Shown: positions 19,244 to 30,352, counted from the stretch's first letter. The stretch is DNA of 64,000 nt from Promethearchaeota archaeon (GCA_030599585.1 JAUVNS010000017.1:1-64000), one strand, 5' to 3'. Program-made: numbers and translations. Notes: generated from the sequence alone by a model not told the origin.

Positions 19244-20317
19244 ATGATAGAAGAATTCCTTAAATCTGAGAAAAAAGCGATAGATAAAGAATTAATAGAT
19301 TACTTCTCCTTTTTAGAAGAAAGCGAAGAGGAGATTTTACTGAAGGATTTTTATGCTCAGCTTCAGGAATTTATTTTAAATAAGAAAGCAAAAAGACTTC
19401 ACCCAATTCTATTGATTGCAGCTTTCGTTGGAATTGTAAATCCTATAAATTTAGAGAGTCAAATAGATCAAATTCGAAAGGTATCTTTAGCAGTTGAGTT
19501 TTTACATAGTGGTCACTTGATTCATGACGATCTTATGGATGGTGATGTTGAAAGAAGGAATAAACCAACATTTCATGTCCAACTTCAAAACGAATTAAAC
19601 AATGTTTATGATAACATAGAAATACCCAATAAGAACGAATTAATCCAGATGTATGGTCGAGACATGTCTATTTTAGGTGGGACGCAAGGCTACTTTCTAG
19701 GTTTAAATGTTATTAAAAACTCAAGGTTTTCTGAAAATTTAAAACTATTAGCTATTAACGAATATACTGCAGCAATGGATAATTTAATGAAAGGACAGAT
19801 TATAGAAGAATACATGAATTACCATAACATAACAATGTCTTTGGAACAATATCTAATAATTGCTGAAATGCAAAGAGCGAGCTTGCTAGAGAAATCGGCA
19901 AGAATCGGAGCCATTTTAGCTAAAGGGAATACCCACTATCAAATAAATCCCCTAAGCAAAGCTATGAACCTGATGGGTCAGGCATTTGCGATTCGCGATG
20001 ATATGATTGATTTAGGCAGCGATATTAAAGCAAGAAAGAAAAAAATAATATACATATTTGCCGTTCAAAATACTGACGAGGAACAATCAAAAACTCTGAA
20101 TGAAATCTATCATTTAAAAGAATTAAGTAAGAATGATGTAAAGACTGTTGAAACAATTTTTACTGAAACTAACGCTGTGATAATAGCAGAACACTTCTCT
20201 AAGAATTTAATAAACCAAGCAAAAGCATCACTTAGCGATATTTATCCCGACCTTAATAAAAACCAGAAAGCATTCTTCAACGAGTTCTCCGATTATATGT
20301 ATATGAGGAGTTTTTGA
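19244..20317 (+). CDS. Trans-isoprenyl diphosphate synthase (GGPP synthase-like)
   Basis: HDDLMD...RRNKPT first Asp-rich motif, GQ, RDDMID second motif. Confidence 0.85.
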   Translation: MIEEFLKSEKKAIDKELIDYFSFLEESEEEILLKDFYAQLQEFILNKKAKRLHPILLIAAFVGIVNPINLESQIDQIRKVSLAVEFLHSGHLIHDDLMDGDVERRNKPTFHVQLQNELNNVYDNIEIPNKNELIQMYGRDMSILGGTQGYFLGLNVIKNSRFSENLKLLAINEYTAAMDNLMKGQIIEEYMNYHNITMSLEQYLIIAEMQRASLLEKSARIGAILAKGNTHYQINPLSKAMNLMGQAFAIRDDMIDLGSDIKARKKKIIYIFAVQNTDEEQSKTLNEIYHLKELSKNDVKTVETIFTETNAVIIAEHFSKNLINQAKASLSDIYPDLNKNQKAFFNEFSDYMYMRSF

Positions 20318-20336
20318 TCTGGTTATGGCACTTCTT

Positions 20337-20942
20337 TCAAACTACAATATAGCCAGTATTTTGATGTTTCAGCATCAAATTATTTAGTTCTTTAAACACA
20401 TTCAAAACGTTGTTATTCTTTAACGCTGATGTCCTAAAAAACCCGTCAAATTGCTTTTCTTTAACAAATCTATCTATAGTAACTTCTGGAACATGGAATT
20501 TCTCTGGTACAGTTTCCAATAAGTCGCTTTTACTTCCTACTAAATATTTAGGAATTTTTAAACAATCTGCATACTCAAGTAATTGATCATACCAAAAATC
20601 TAGTTGGTCAAAAGAGCTGCTATTAGTCAGATCAAAAACTAACAAAACCCCATTTGCTCCACCAAGAAATTTTGGAAGGAGTGCTTTGAAACGTTCTTGA
20701 CCTCCTAGATCAAAAATGCTACAAACATTATGGAATTCTTTAGGATTGTCCGTTTCATCGATATTACGAATTTTTAAATCTATTGAGTGAAAATTTAACC
20801 CAATTGTGAGAGATGTATCAAAATTAAAGGAATTAAAACAAAAGCGGTTAAAAAGACATGTTTTACCAACACTCGGAGGTCCAACTATTACCACTTTGAA
20901 CGAAAAAAGTATGTTTTTTCCTTGAGTGCGCGTTCCTATCAA
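20337..20942 (-). CDS. Rab-like small GTPase
   Basis: GPPSVGKT, TIG, DLGGQERF, SKSD (variant G4), TSA. Confidence 0.88.
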   Translation of the reverse strand: MIGTRTQGKNILFSFKVVIVGPPSVGKTCLFNRFCFNSFNFDTSLTIGLNFHSIDLKIRNIDETDNPKEFHNVCSIFDLGGQERFKALLPKFLGGANGVLLVFDLTNSSSFDQLDFWYDQLLEYADCLKIPKYLVGSKSDLLETVPEKFHVPEVTIDRFVKEKQFDGFFRTSALKNNNVLNVFKELNNLMLKHQNTGYIVV

Positions 20943-21137
20943 TATAAATACCGATTTATTTAATGGGTTATACGGTCCTTTAAGCTAATAACTTCGTAAA
21001 TTAATCCTATAAATAAAATTTTATCAATTTAGCATTAAATTATAATGCTTAAATCTTTATTCTTAAAATGCTTAGAATAACTCAACCCTATTTTAAATAA
21101 CAGTAGATATTCCCATAACAAAAAATTAAGAATTATT

Positions 21138-22046
21138 ATGGTTGTTAAACTCCCTCCAAGCCAGATAGTAATTAGACCACCTGTAGAAGCATACAGTGTG
21201 CTCATTGCTGTCACTGGAGGTTGTAATTGGAATCAGTGTCGCTTCTGTGGAACATATAAAGGAATTTATGGAAGTACTCAAGATTATGCAATACGCCCTC
21301 TAGAAAATATTTTAAAGGATATAGATATCTATGCTGAAAAAAATTATCACGGATATCCCGTCTTTTTAGCCGGGGGCAACCCTACATCAGCCCCAACCGA
21401 GTATCTCGTAAAAATAATCGAATATGTAAGGTTACGAATGAAAAATGTCCCCAGAATCAGTTGCTATGCAAAAGCATTAGATATTTTGAGAAAAACTGAT
21501 GAAGAATTAAAACAACTGGCCGAGGCTGGATTAGACATCGTGTATATGGGATTAGAAAGTGGAAGTAGTAAAATATTGAGAATAATGCATAAAGGAACTA
21601 CCCCCAAGTCAATGATTATAGCGGGAAAAAAGGTACTTAAATCTGGTATTAAGCTAAGCTTGTATGTTATGTTAGGCTTAGGAGGTAAAAAATTATCGGA
21701 AGACCATGTTAAAGGAACAGCGAGAGTGCTCACAGAGATAAATTCAACGATCTTCCGTTTTCGAACTTTAAATATTATGCCTAACACTCCGCTTTGGGGG
21801 GATTGGAAGAGTGGTGATTTTGAATTATTATCCCCTCTAGAATGCTTAATAGAGGAGAGAGATATTATCAAAGGTTTAGGTGAAAATGTAACTTCTCAAG
21901 TCTTTAACGACCACGTAAGTAACTATTGTGGTATTGAATCTTCAAATATTAAAATCGATAGAGCCGCTTTTATAAATACGTTAAATTCCTACATAAACGA
22001 CCCTAAAATAAAGAATTTACCTCGGAAAAATTTGACCCAAATGTAA
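21138..22046 (+). CDS. Radical SAM protein (paralogue family of 13330..14256)
   Basis: RPPVEA, CNWNQCRFC, GLESGS, DHVSNY. Confidence 0.9.
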   Translation: MVVKLPPSQIVIRPPVEAYSVLIAVTGGCNWNQCRFCGTYKGIYGSTQDYAIRPLENILKDIDIYAEKNYHGYPVFLAGGNPTSAPTEYLVKIIEYVRLRMKNVPRISCYAKALDILRKTDEELKQLAEAGLDIVYMGLESGSSKILRIMHKGTTPKSMIIAGKKVLKSGIKLSLYVMLGLGGKKLSEDHVKGTARVLTEINSTIFRFRTLNIMPNTPLWGDWKSGDFELLSPLECLIEERDIIKGLGENVTSQVFNDHVSNYCGIESSNIKIDRAAFINTLNSYINDPKIKNLPRKNLTQM

Positions 22047-22233
22047 AGAATTAAGTTTATTTTTCGCTTATCCTAGTTAACAACATCTATTTAAAGAGGT
22101 GCTATATATTTCCCTCAAACTAAATACCTAAAATTTTAAAATTAAATCTAACTTAATTACTAATATTTACGATTTAAGTAAAAAAAAAATTATATCTACG
22201 ATACTAATAAAACACACTTTACAACCCAAGAAA

Positions 22234-23706
22234 ATGACAAGTAATTATTACAGAAAGAAAGTTCATTATAACGATTTAATTGCTACATTTGACGATGTCC
22301 TCATTCAACCGGGATATACTAATTTTGAACCAAACGATGTTTCTATGTCTTCCCAATTAGGCTCATATACATTCAATTTACCTATTATATCAGCAGCAAT
22401 GGATACAGTAACTGAAGAATTAATGGCGATCAAAATGGCTCTTTTGGGAGGCTTGGGAGTTTTACACCGCAATTGTGCCTATGAGCGGCAATTAGAAATG
22501 GTACGGATAGTGAAAAGAGCAAGGTCCTTCGTTATTGATGATGTTGCTACAATATTACCCAATGAACCAGTATCAAAAGCAAAATACATGATGGAAAACT
22601 ATAATATAAGTGGAATTGTGGTAGTTGATGGGGACAATAAAGTATGCGGGATTTTCACGAAAAGAGATATCCCCTTCACTGAAGATGAAATCAGTAATGG
22701 TAAAGTAAAAAATTTCATGACGAAGGAAGTAATTTCTATTGAACCGGGAGCATCCAGAGAAAAAGCACTTGAAATCCTTTTTGGTTCAAGAAAGGAGAAA
22801 TTACCAGTTATTGACAAAACTGGATTATTAAAGGGTTTAATAACCAAGAAGGATTTAGCACCTGAATTTCCTTTTGCTTCGATGGATAGTGAAGGGCATT
22901 TGATATGTGCGATTGGACTATCCCCTAAATTCCCCGAATCTACACACGCTCAAAAGTTATTAAAAGAAATTGAAAACTATGTGGATATCTTTTTCATAGA
23001 TGTAGCAGATTTTTATAAAACCTCAGATATTAAAGGAACTAAAAAACTCATGGATTTTTTAGATTCTGACTTTGTACTCGGGAATATTGGAACTTACGAA
23101 GCGGCTGAACACTTAATTACCAAAGGTGATTTTGACGAAGATAAATTTATTGGTATAAAAGTAGGGATGGGCTCTGGGTCAATCTGCACGACTTCTATTC
23201 AAACGGGTGTTGGAGCGCCTACACTTTTTGCTACTGCTCAAGTTGCTGATGCTCTAGTGGATTACGACACAAAAATTAGTTTAGTTGCAGACGGTGGTTT
23301 TAAAAATCCTGGAGATTTACCTAAAGCTTTCTCTGCTGGTGCTGACTTAATTATGTCGGGACATTTTTTCGCGGGTTCAACAGAAAGTCCTGGATATGTT
23401 GACACGATTCAAGGGAGAAAAGTTAAAATATATAGAGGAATGGGCTCCAAAGAAGCGAGAACATCCGGATATGTTTCAGATCGATACACAGAAGGCTCAA
23501 AGATGCTTCCTGAAGGAGTAAGTGATTATGTTCCATTTGTCGGAGATATGGATGGCGTTTTGCTTTCCTTGAAAGAGGGCTTATTGAATGGCATGATATA
23601 CGCAGGAGCTAAAAGTATTACAGAAATGAAAAAAGCTAAAATTGGTATAGTATCATTTTCGGGGCAGAGAGAATCAAAACCACACAATTTACTAAGCCGT
23701 TATTAA
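22234..23706 (+). CDS. guaB: Inosine-5'-monophosphate dehydrogenase with a CBS pair
   Basis: TFDDVLI, SAAMDTVTE, GMGSGSICTT, ADGG, YRGMGS, PEGV. Confidence 0.92.
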   Translation: MTSNYYRKKVHYNDLIATFDDVLIQPGYTNFEPNDVSMSSQLGSYTFNLPIISAAMDTVTEELMAIKMALLGGLGVLHRNCAYERQLEMVRIVKRARSFVIDDVATILPNEPVSKAKYMMENYNISGIVVVDGDNKVCGIFTKRDIPFTEDEISNGKVKNFMTKEVISIEPGASREKALEILFGSRKEKLPVIDKTGLLKGLITKKDLAPEFPFASMDSEGHLICAIGLSPKFPESTHAQKLLKEIENYVDIFFIDVADFYKTSDIKGTKKLMDFLDSDFVLGNIGTYEAAEHLITKGDFDEDKFIGIKVGMGSGSICTTSIQTGVGAPTLFATAQVADALVDYDTKISLVADGGFKNPGDLPKAFSAGADLIMSGHFFAGSTESPGYVDTIQGRKVKIYRGMGSKEARTSGYVSDRYTEGSKMLPEGVSDYVPFVGDMDGVLLSLKEGLLNGMIYAGAKSITEMKKAKIGIVSFSGQRESKPHNLLSRY

Positions 23707-23853
23707 ATATCCTTGTTTCGTGTGTATCTTCAATTCCAAAGCATTGTTGTATCTTTTATTAAATACCTATTAATTAACTTAAAACTGAATTTTACTATAA
23801 ATTGATATATCTCTTGTTGATATTAATAATCTAATTAAATTACTTGGTTAAAA

Positions 23854-25452
23854 ATGAAGAAAATTGAACGGGCTATCGTCAGCGTTTTTGATAAAGCGAA
23901 TATTGTTGATTTTGTGAGATCATTAACCACATTCGGTATTAAAATACTTTCCACAGGAGGAACTGGAAAACTTTTACAAGAAAATAAAATAGCGTTTGAA
24001 AGAATCTCCGATTACACTGACTCTCCAGAGATGTTTGATGGAAGAGTAAAAACCCTCCATCCAAAAATCGAGGGAGGTATATTATATCGACGGAATCTTA
24101 AAAAAGATGTTGAGGATGCTGTAACTTATAACATTCCATCTATTGATATGGTAGTATGTAATTTATATCAATTCAAGGAAGCTATTACAAAACCAGATAT
24201 CACTTTAACTGAAGCTTTAGAAATGATTGATATAGGGGGTCCAACGATGATAAGAGCAGCTGCAAAAAATTTTCCGGATGTAGTAGTTGTTGCGAATTCT
24301 AAGCATTACGAAAAAATTCTTACTGAATTAAAGGAAGTAGGGGGAATTAGCGATAAAACTAGAGCAACATTAGCCCAAGAAGTGTTTGCTATAATGGCCG
24401 ATTATAATGCAGCAATTTCTAATTACTTACAAAGTTATTACCACTCCGATCAAGTTATGAAACCCAATATCTTCAATACTTATGAAAAAATACAAGATTG
24501 TCGTTACGGAGAAAACTGGGATCAGGCCGCAGCGTATTACAGAAATCTCTCATGTAATTACGGGCTCCATAATTTAATACAACTTGGAGGAAAGGAGATT
24601 TCGTTCAACAATTACTTAGATATTGATGCTTGTATTCAAATGTTAATGGATTTTGATAAGCATCAGCATGTAACTGCGATTTTAAAGCATACCAGCCCTA
24701 ACGGGATTGCGATCGATAAATCGGATCAATTAATGTCTATTAAGATGGCGTTTAAGACAGATCCCCTTTCAGCCTTCGGAGGTATATGGGGTGTAAGCGC
24801 AGAGTTAACTGCAGATGCAGCAGACTTCATCGTGAATAAAGAAAATATTTTCGTTGAAGTTTTAATGGCTCCTTCTTTCGAAACTGAAGCCTTAGAGATA
24901 TTGAAGCAAAAACAGAACATGAGAATCTTAGAATATGGTGACTTACTAAACAAACGAGATTTAATCTATGAAAACTACGAAATTAGGGGAGTGTTGGGAG
25001 GAATTTTAGTTCAAGAATATGACTCTAAGCCCATTATCAAAGAATGGAATGTTGTGAGTAAAAAACAAGTAACTAAGCAAGAAAAAAAAGCTTTAATCTT
25101 TGCTTATAAGGTTTCTAAATGGACAAAATCTAATTCCGCTTGTTTTGCTCAAATGTACGATAATGGTGTCTATACTATCGGTATAGGTGCTGGTCAGCAA
25201 AGTCGAGTTCATGTAGTAAAATTAGCAGCACAAAAAGCAAAAGAATTCGGCCATGAAGAGGAATTGAAGAATTCTGTTATGGGAACGGATTCATTCTTCC
25301 CTTTTCCTGATGGTTTAGAAGCAGCAGTAAATGTGGGCGCGAATTCTGTAATCAATCCCGGGGGATCTATGAGGGACGCGATGGTTATAAAGCGAGCTGA
25401 CGAATTAAATTGTGCATTAGTTTTTTGTGGTAAGAGGGTTTTTCGCCATTAG
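23854..25452 (+). CDS. purH: Bifunctional AICAR formyltransferase/IMP cyclohydrolase
   Basis: STGGT, GRVKTLHP, IDIGGPTMIRAAAKN, RYGEN, FFPFPD, FRH. Confidence 0.95.
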   Translation: MKKIERAIVSVFDKANIVDFVRSLTTFGIKILSTGGTGKLLQENKIAFERISDYTDSPEMFDGRVKTLHPKIEGGILYRRNLKKDVEDAVTYNIPSIDMVVCNLYQFKEAITKPDITLTEALEMIDIGGPTMIRAAAKNFPDVVVVANSKHYEKILTELKEVGGISDKTRATLAQEVFAIMADYNAAISNYLQSYYHSDQVMKPNIFNTYEKIQDCRYGENWDQAAAYYRNLSCNYGLHNLIQLGGKEISFNNYLDIDACIQMLMDFDKHQHVTAILKHTSPNGIAIDKSDQLMSIKMAFKTDPLSAFGGIWGVSAELTADAADFIVNKENIFVEVLMAPSFETEALEILKQKQNMRILEYGDLLNKRDLIYENYEIRGVLGGILVQEYDSKPIIKEWNVVSKKQVTKQEKKALIFAYKVSKWTKSNSACFAQMYDNGVYTIGIGAGQQSRVHVVKLAAQKAKEFGHEEELKNSVMGTDSFFPFPDGLEAAVNVGANSVINPGGSMRDAMVIKRADELNCALVFCGKRVFRH

Positions 25453-25599
25453 AAAATTTATCAAATTTTATCTAAATTTGTTAAGTTCTCCTAAGGGCAT
25501 AATAAGCGAACCAATCTGAGCGTTTTTATTTCAGTAGAAAAAAACTTTATTAATAAAAAAGTATAAGTTAATACACTAATTAGTAAAATACTTTTTTTA

Positions 25600-25899
25600 A
25601 TGAGCGAGGATTCTATGGATTTTTTTTCAAGAAACTTACGGGAAACTCTAGAGGCAATAAATAAACTAATTGATAATAATGTCAACTTAGTTACTACTAA
25701 AAGTATTAGAAGATGCAACAATATTAAGGCCTCAAACCGCTCAAAAATTAATTTTATCTGGAGATCTCTTAATTATTTGGAAAAAGAAGGAATTTTAGAG
25801 ATGAACGGTAGGTATTCTCCTAAAACTTATAAAATTAAAGCAGACCAGAAAATAGATATTGACGATTTAATCTCTCAAATTGAAGATAATAGGAAATAA
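25600..25899 (+). CDS. Small basic protein, probable winged-helix
   Basis: 99-aa ORF; LNYLEKEGILE..YKI resembles a wHTH wing. Confidence 0.55.
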   Translation: MSEDSMDFFSRNLRETLEAINKLIDNNVNLVTTKSIRRCNNIKASNRSKINFIWRSLNYLEKEGILEMNGRYSPKTYKIKADQKIDIDDLISQIEDNRK

Positions 25900-25920
25900 T
25901 TTTCTCTACTTATTTCATTG

Positions 25921-28653
25921 TTAAACTAGATGTAATTTAGACAATAATGCTTCTAATTTTTTACGATCTTCTTTATTATCCTGATTGAGTATTAATCTTT
26001 TCTGGTAGAAAATGATATTTCCATATTTGATCTCTAATTCGTTGAATAATTTAACCCATCTATCGAAATTTGAGATTAAATCTATAACTTCAGGATCCTC
26101 CTCAAAAAACTTAATATCATCTCTTTTATCGGTTGATATTGAAAGGGATTTATATTTTTTACGCGTAAAACCTTGTTTTTTTAAAAGCGTTGAGCTAGCC
26201 TTTCTCACGAACGCTTCTAAACTACTTCTCCAGCGAACATATTTTTCGTTGATCAAATCTATCCTTTCTTGGATAAGTTTTATCTCTTGAGGGTAGATTA
26301 TCTCTTCTCGTTTTGTTAAAATTATTTTTATTCTTTCAAATTCAGTATTGAATGTTTTATTATTTGCACTTATCATTTTTTCAAACTCAAATAGAACTGT
26401 ATTATAATCTTGGGCAAAAATTACGTCAGAACTTGCAAATGTTAGCGAATCATTATCAAAAGTTCCTTTCAACAGTTTAGTATTCATTAAATTATTAAAT
26501 ACAGATGTTAAAACCTCTATATCCTTATCATCTAAAATTTTCCCGTAAAAAAAATCGCTAAAAGAAAACATAAAACTATTTTCTAGCATCAAATTTTCTA
26601 TTCCTTTTTCAGTGTAAAAGACTAGTTTTCCTTCATGAGTATGGAAGATACCTTTAATTTTTTCATCACTTTGGAGATCTTTTAGCAAATCTTCAACGAT
26701 ACTAGAAGTAACATCTATATCCCCTAAGTAAATCAAATTCTCAGATTTAGATTTGGCAATTAACATCGATTTTATGTCCTTTTTTGATGCTTCGATTTTT
26801 GCTTCGTTAAAAATGAGGAGTTCTCCTTTTTTAAAATATTTTAATCCTAAATCATTGATAAAGGCTATAAAAAGATTATAGGCCATACCCGTTTTCTCAA
26901 TATAATCGTTAATTTTTATTAATTCTTTTCCTTTTATTTCCTCTCCTATTAGTTTTAAATTTTCGTCTAATTTTGTAAGAATATGACTTTTTTCGATGTT
27001 TAACTTTTTTGCCATCAAATTTATCTGTCTTTCTCTCTCTTTTAGATCTGTTATTGCGTTTATTTCTTCGATCTTCTTATTTAGAAATTTCGAATAATAA
27101 AAAATTTCTTTGTTCCTGTCGAATACTCCACTTCTTATATCTATAAAACTCTCTAAAATTTGAACTAACAATACTTTCTTTATCTTTAGCTTTTCAGAAA
27201 TCATTGGAATTGAATAATAACCAATTAATCGAGAATTCTCAACCTCTTTTTTAACTTTTGGTAACCCTACATTAGTCAACCATTGAGTTCCTGCTCTAAA
27301 ATGAGTTAAATAACCTTTTGGTAGGTTTTTTATTAATTTAATAAAATCAATATCTAATAAGCGATCTCTATAAGATTTGAGATCAATTGTAGTATTTTTT
27401 GCCGCTTGTGTGTTAATATGTTGCTGTATTTTTTTCAAAGAGTAGTAGGCAGCGTTATTTTTCCCTATTAGGAAAACTCGTTTAGTAGAATTCGATATCT
27501 CTTTTATAATTCCACTAACAAAATCTGGAGGTAAATGATTGTATTTTTTTAAATTCACCATGCCCTTTTCTTGAAATCTTCCAATCAATTCTGATTTTAT
27601 GTTGTTATAAGAGTAAAAATAACCCAATTTTGAATAAAATCCTTTAGTATGTTCCAACTTAATTAATGTATTTAAAAATAATCTCAATTCCTGGTCAGTG
27701 CTAATAATAGGAGAAAAAATTTTGAGTAATTGTTTCTTCTGCAAGTTCTCCTTTTTTAGAAATAGCTTTGCTAACTTTTCTTTTTCCAGCTCATAAATAT
27801 GAATTTTTTTTTCTTGGTGCTTAACATAAAAATAAATTTTAAACTCTTTTCGGCCTGAATTCTTTAAATTATGTAAGAACTCCTTTGGTTTTCCTTCAAT
27901 TTTAGCAGAATGCGTTAAAAAAATATTTCTTTTCATAAGAAAGGTATTTTGTATTTCTTTAATGAGCTCTTTTTTATCCATTCCTTCTGTTATCAAGTCA
28001 TTTACTGAGGGAAAAACATTTTTTATATACAATAATAATTCAGAGTAAATTTTTGTTTGTTCTCTACTATAAAACCTGTTAATTAGTGGTATGATAAGCG
28101 TTCGTAAATCGTACAAATTCTCAAAACTATAATCGAGACATTTATCTAAGAGTTGAATTAAAGCGACTAAATTTTCTTCGTTCTCTTCAAACCCTAGAGC
28201 ATCTATTAAATTACTATTATAATTACATATTAAATTCGAGTGTTCTGTTGCAACTTCATGCAAAAAGTAATGCACGTTATCTCGAACATCTCTGTCCTTA
28301 TCATTCAGGCTTGCCATAAAATTTGGTAAATAAGTCTTAATACCGTTTTTATCTGTAAGCATAACGAATCCTATGACAATGAGAGCATTCACTTTTATTT
28401 TGGAATTAGTTGAATGAGTTAAATTCTCAAGATTCTTTAGGGTGTTTTTCCCTATTAGTGTGGGATATTGTTCTGCTAAAATGCTTAGAACATAAGTTAT
28501 TTGAATTTCAGATTCTTGTTGTTCTAATAAATCATTAAGTTGTTCAACGACAAGTTTTACTTTTTCAGTCTTATTTTTATCAAGTAGCTTATTGAGGTTC
28601 TCAACTAAGGAATAAAGAACTTGATCTTTTTCAAACTCTTCCAAATTAAACAT
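25921..28653 (-). CDS. Large protein: N-terminal HEAT/ARM repeats followed by tandem winged-helix-like repeats
   Basis: LNDKDRDVRDNV is HEAT-like; recurring (F/Y)(Y/L)(S/T)...helix...G.(I/V).(L/I) units follow. Confidence 0.6.
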   Translation of the reverse strand: MFNLEEFEKDQVLYSLVENLNKLLDKNKTEKVKLVVEQLNDLLEQQESEIQITYVLSILAEQYPTLIGKNTLKNLENLTHSTNSKIKVNALIVIGFVMLTDKNGIKTYLPNFMASLNDKDRDVRDNVHYFLHEVATEHSNLICNYNSNLIDALGFEENEENLVALIQLLDKCLDYSFENLYDLRTLIIPLINRFYSREQTKIYSELLLYIKNVFPSVNDLITEGMDKKELIKEIQNTFLMKRNIFLTHSAKIEGKPKEFLHNLKNSGRKEFKIYFYVKHQEKKIHIYELEKEKLAKLFLKKENLQKKQLLKIFSPIISTDQELRLFLNTLIKLEHTKGFYSKLGYFYSYNNIKSELIGRFQEKGMVNLKKYNHLPPDFVSGIIKEISNSTKRVFLIGKNNAAYYSLKKIQQHINTQAAKNTTIDLKSYRDRLLDIDFIKLIKNLPKGYLTHFRAGTQWLTNVGLPKVKKEVENSRLIGYYSIPMISEKLKIKKVLLVQILESFIDIRSGVFDRNKEIFYYSKFLNKKIEEINAITDLKERERQINLMAKKLNIEKSHILTKLDENLKLIGEEIKGKELIKINDYIEKTGMAYNLFIAFINDLGLKYFKKGELLIFNEAKIEASKKDIKSMLIAKSKSENLIYLGDIDVTSSIVEDLLKDLQSDEKIKGIFHTHEGKLVFYTEKGIENLMLENSFMFSFSDFFYGKILDDKDIEVLTSVFNNLMNTKLLKGTFDNDSLTFASSDVIFAQDYNTVLFEFEKMISANNKTFNTEFERIKIILTKREEIIYPQEIKLIQERIDLINEKYVRWRSSLEAFVRKASSTLLKKQGFTRKKYKSLSISTDKRDDIKFFEEDPEVIDLISNFDRWVKLFNELEIKYGNIIFYQKRLILNQDNKEDRKKLEALLSKLHLV

Positions 28654-28655
28654 TA

Positions 28656-29423
28656 TTAACGATGTGTAATGTTTTCTCGAATAATAATTTTTTTGAAAGG
28701 GTCAATCTCTAATATATCCTCAATATCCCGAAGGATTATTGTTGGATTTGCTTTTTCCAAGCTCAATTTAGTACCATGACCAGAAAGTAATGCAATACTC
28801 TTAACTCCTGCGTTATGAGCACATTCAATATCCGTAGGAAGGTCTCCGATTAGATAAACATTATTTTTTTCAATTGGAGTTCCTAACTCCTTCTTGAGCT
28901 GTTGCAATGCTATAATAATAGGATGACCGTGAGGTTTTCTTGCAGGCGTATCGTCGCGGGAAACATAAACAGAAAAAAACTCGTCTAAGTTTAGCCTATT
29001 TCTAAATATGGCTAGCCGTTCACCGCTCGTATTTGACACAATCCCAAATTTGACACCATTTCTTTGTAAATCGATTAAAATTTCTCTCAGTTTTGGTTTT
29101 AGCGTTTCATACTTCTCATATTTAGGATACATCCTCCTGAACCTTATAAAAAATAAAACTCGTTTCCATCTACTCGGAATGTAATTCTTGAATACTCTGT
29201 AAACATTGATAATAGCCTTAATTTTGTTCTTTGAGTCAGATTCCTCAAAAAGTCTTGCTATATCAATTAATCTTAGAGATTCTGTGTTTCTCCAGCTATA
29301 AAAGTTTTTTTTAAGGTGAACTAGAGCAGCATACTCGAGAGATTTTTGAGTGATTACGCAACCATCGAAATCGAACAATAAAATTGGGGGATGTGCCATA
29401 TGTAATAAGGAGAATATAGCCAA
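28656..29423 (-). CDS. HAD-family hydrolase (phosphoglycolate phosphatase-like)
   Basis: FDFDG, VSN, KP, IGDLPTD. Confidence 0.88.
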   Translation of the reverse strand: MAIFSLLHMAHPPILLFDFDGCVITQKSLEYAALVHLKKNFYSWRNTESLRLIDIARLFEESDSKNKIKAIINVYRVFKNYIPSRWKRVLFFIRFRRMYPKYEKYETLKPKLREILIDLQRNGVKFGIVSNTSGERLAIFRNRLNLDEFFSVYVSRDDTPARKPHGHPIIIALQQLKKELGTPIEKNNVYLIGDLPTDIECAHNAGVKSIALLSGHGTKLSLEKANPTIILRDIEDILEIDPFKKIIIRENITHR

Positions 29424-29519
29424 ATTCTTATAATTTTCTTAAAAATTATAAATAGTAAAAATAAAAAAAAAAATAACGGAGTTATTAGATATTTAATTTG
29501 AATTTTATATTCTGTGGAT

Positions 29520-30188
29520 TTATGCGTCCAATTCGTCTGGCTCTATTGAAACATGGCTCAATAAATAGTCTATCTGCCTTTGTTTCTTGTTGATGTTTAG
29601 TACTGTCGGAAGATTTATCACATCTCCATGGCCAGGCATGAGCGTAATTGAACCTGCTCGTAAGATAAAGAACTCAAACACATCTGGGATCTCCTTCTTG
29701 ATTCTTAGGCTTTTTGTAGGCATTCTCTCAGCAGAAGAAAATATTCCTTTCTTATGATAAATCTCGTTTCTTTCGATTTTCCAGTAATCAAATCTTGAAC
29801 TCAAAACAATGAGTCCTAAAATAAATGCCATTATAATAGTAACTACTAAGTAAAATTCTGCTGTTAAACCTGGATTAAAGCTTCCTCCTGGAAGAATAGT
29901 AAACAATCCCGGAACTAGAAAAACAAGAAGGAGCACAACTACTACAACGACCATAATTAACACGAAAAATTTCGCACTACTAAAATCGAAAGCAACGATA
30001 AACATGTTGACAAAGAATACGACAAGCCATATATTACCAAACACTGGAAGAGGGGTTGGGTAAATCATTTGCAGAAGCCACAGAATAAACGAAACGAGTG
30101 CCATAGGCCAGAAAAAAATAACTTTTGGGTAAGACCTTAAGAAAACTTCGCTTACCGCATCAGTTGATGTATTAGGCATTTTATTCAC
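29520..30188 (-). CDS. 4-TM membrane protein with a C-terminal PH-like domain
   Basis: Hydrophobic helices then YWKIERNEIYHKKGIF...GSITL. Confidence 0.6.
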   Translation of the reverse strand: MNKMPNTSTDAVSEVFLRSYPKVIFFWPMALVSFILWLLQMIYPTPLPVFGNIWLVVFFVNMFIVAFDFSSAKFFVLIMVVVVVVLLLVFLVPGLFTILPGGSFNPGLTAEFYLVVTIIMAFILGLIVLSSRFDYWKIERNEIYHKKGIFSSAERMPTKSLRIKKEIPDVFEFFILRAGSITLMPGHGDVINLPTVLNINKKQRQIDYLLSHVSIEPDELDA

Positions 30189-30352
30189 TAATTTTAATTC
30201 GATTTTTTTTTTAATTTAAAATGAAGTGATTAACTTGAATATAGAAGTTTAGGTTAAAAAATGTTCTTATCAGTTAAATATCAAATGATAATAGAATTAA
30301 GATTCTAAAGAGTATTAAAAGATTAATGTAGAGGTGTAAAGTTAATAAAAGA

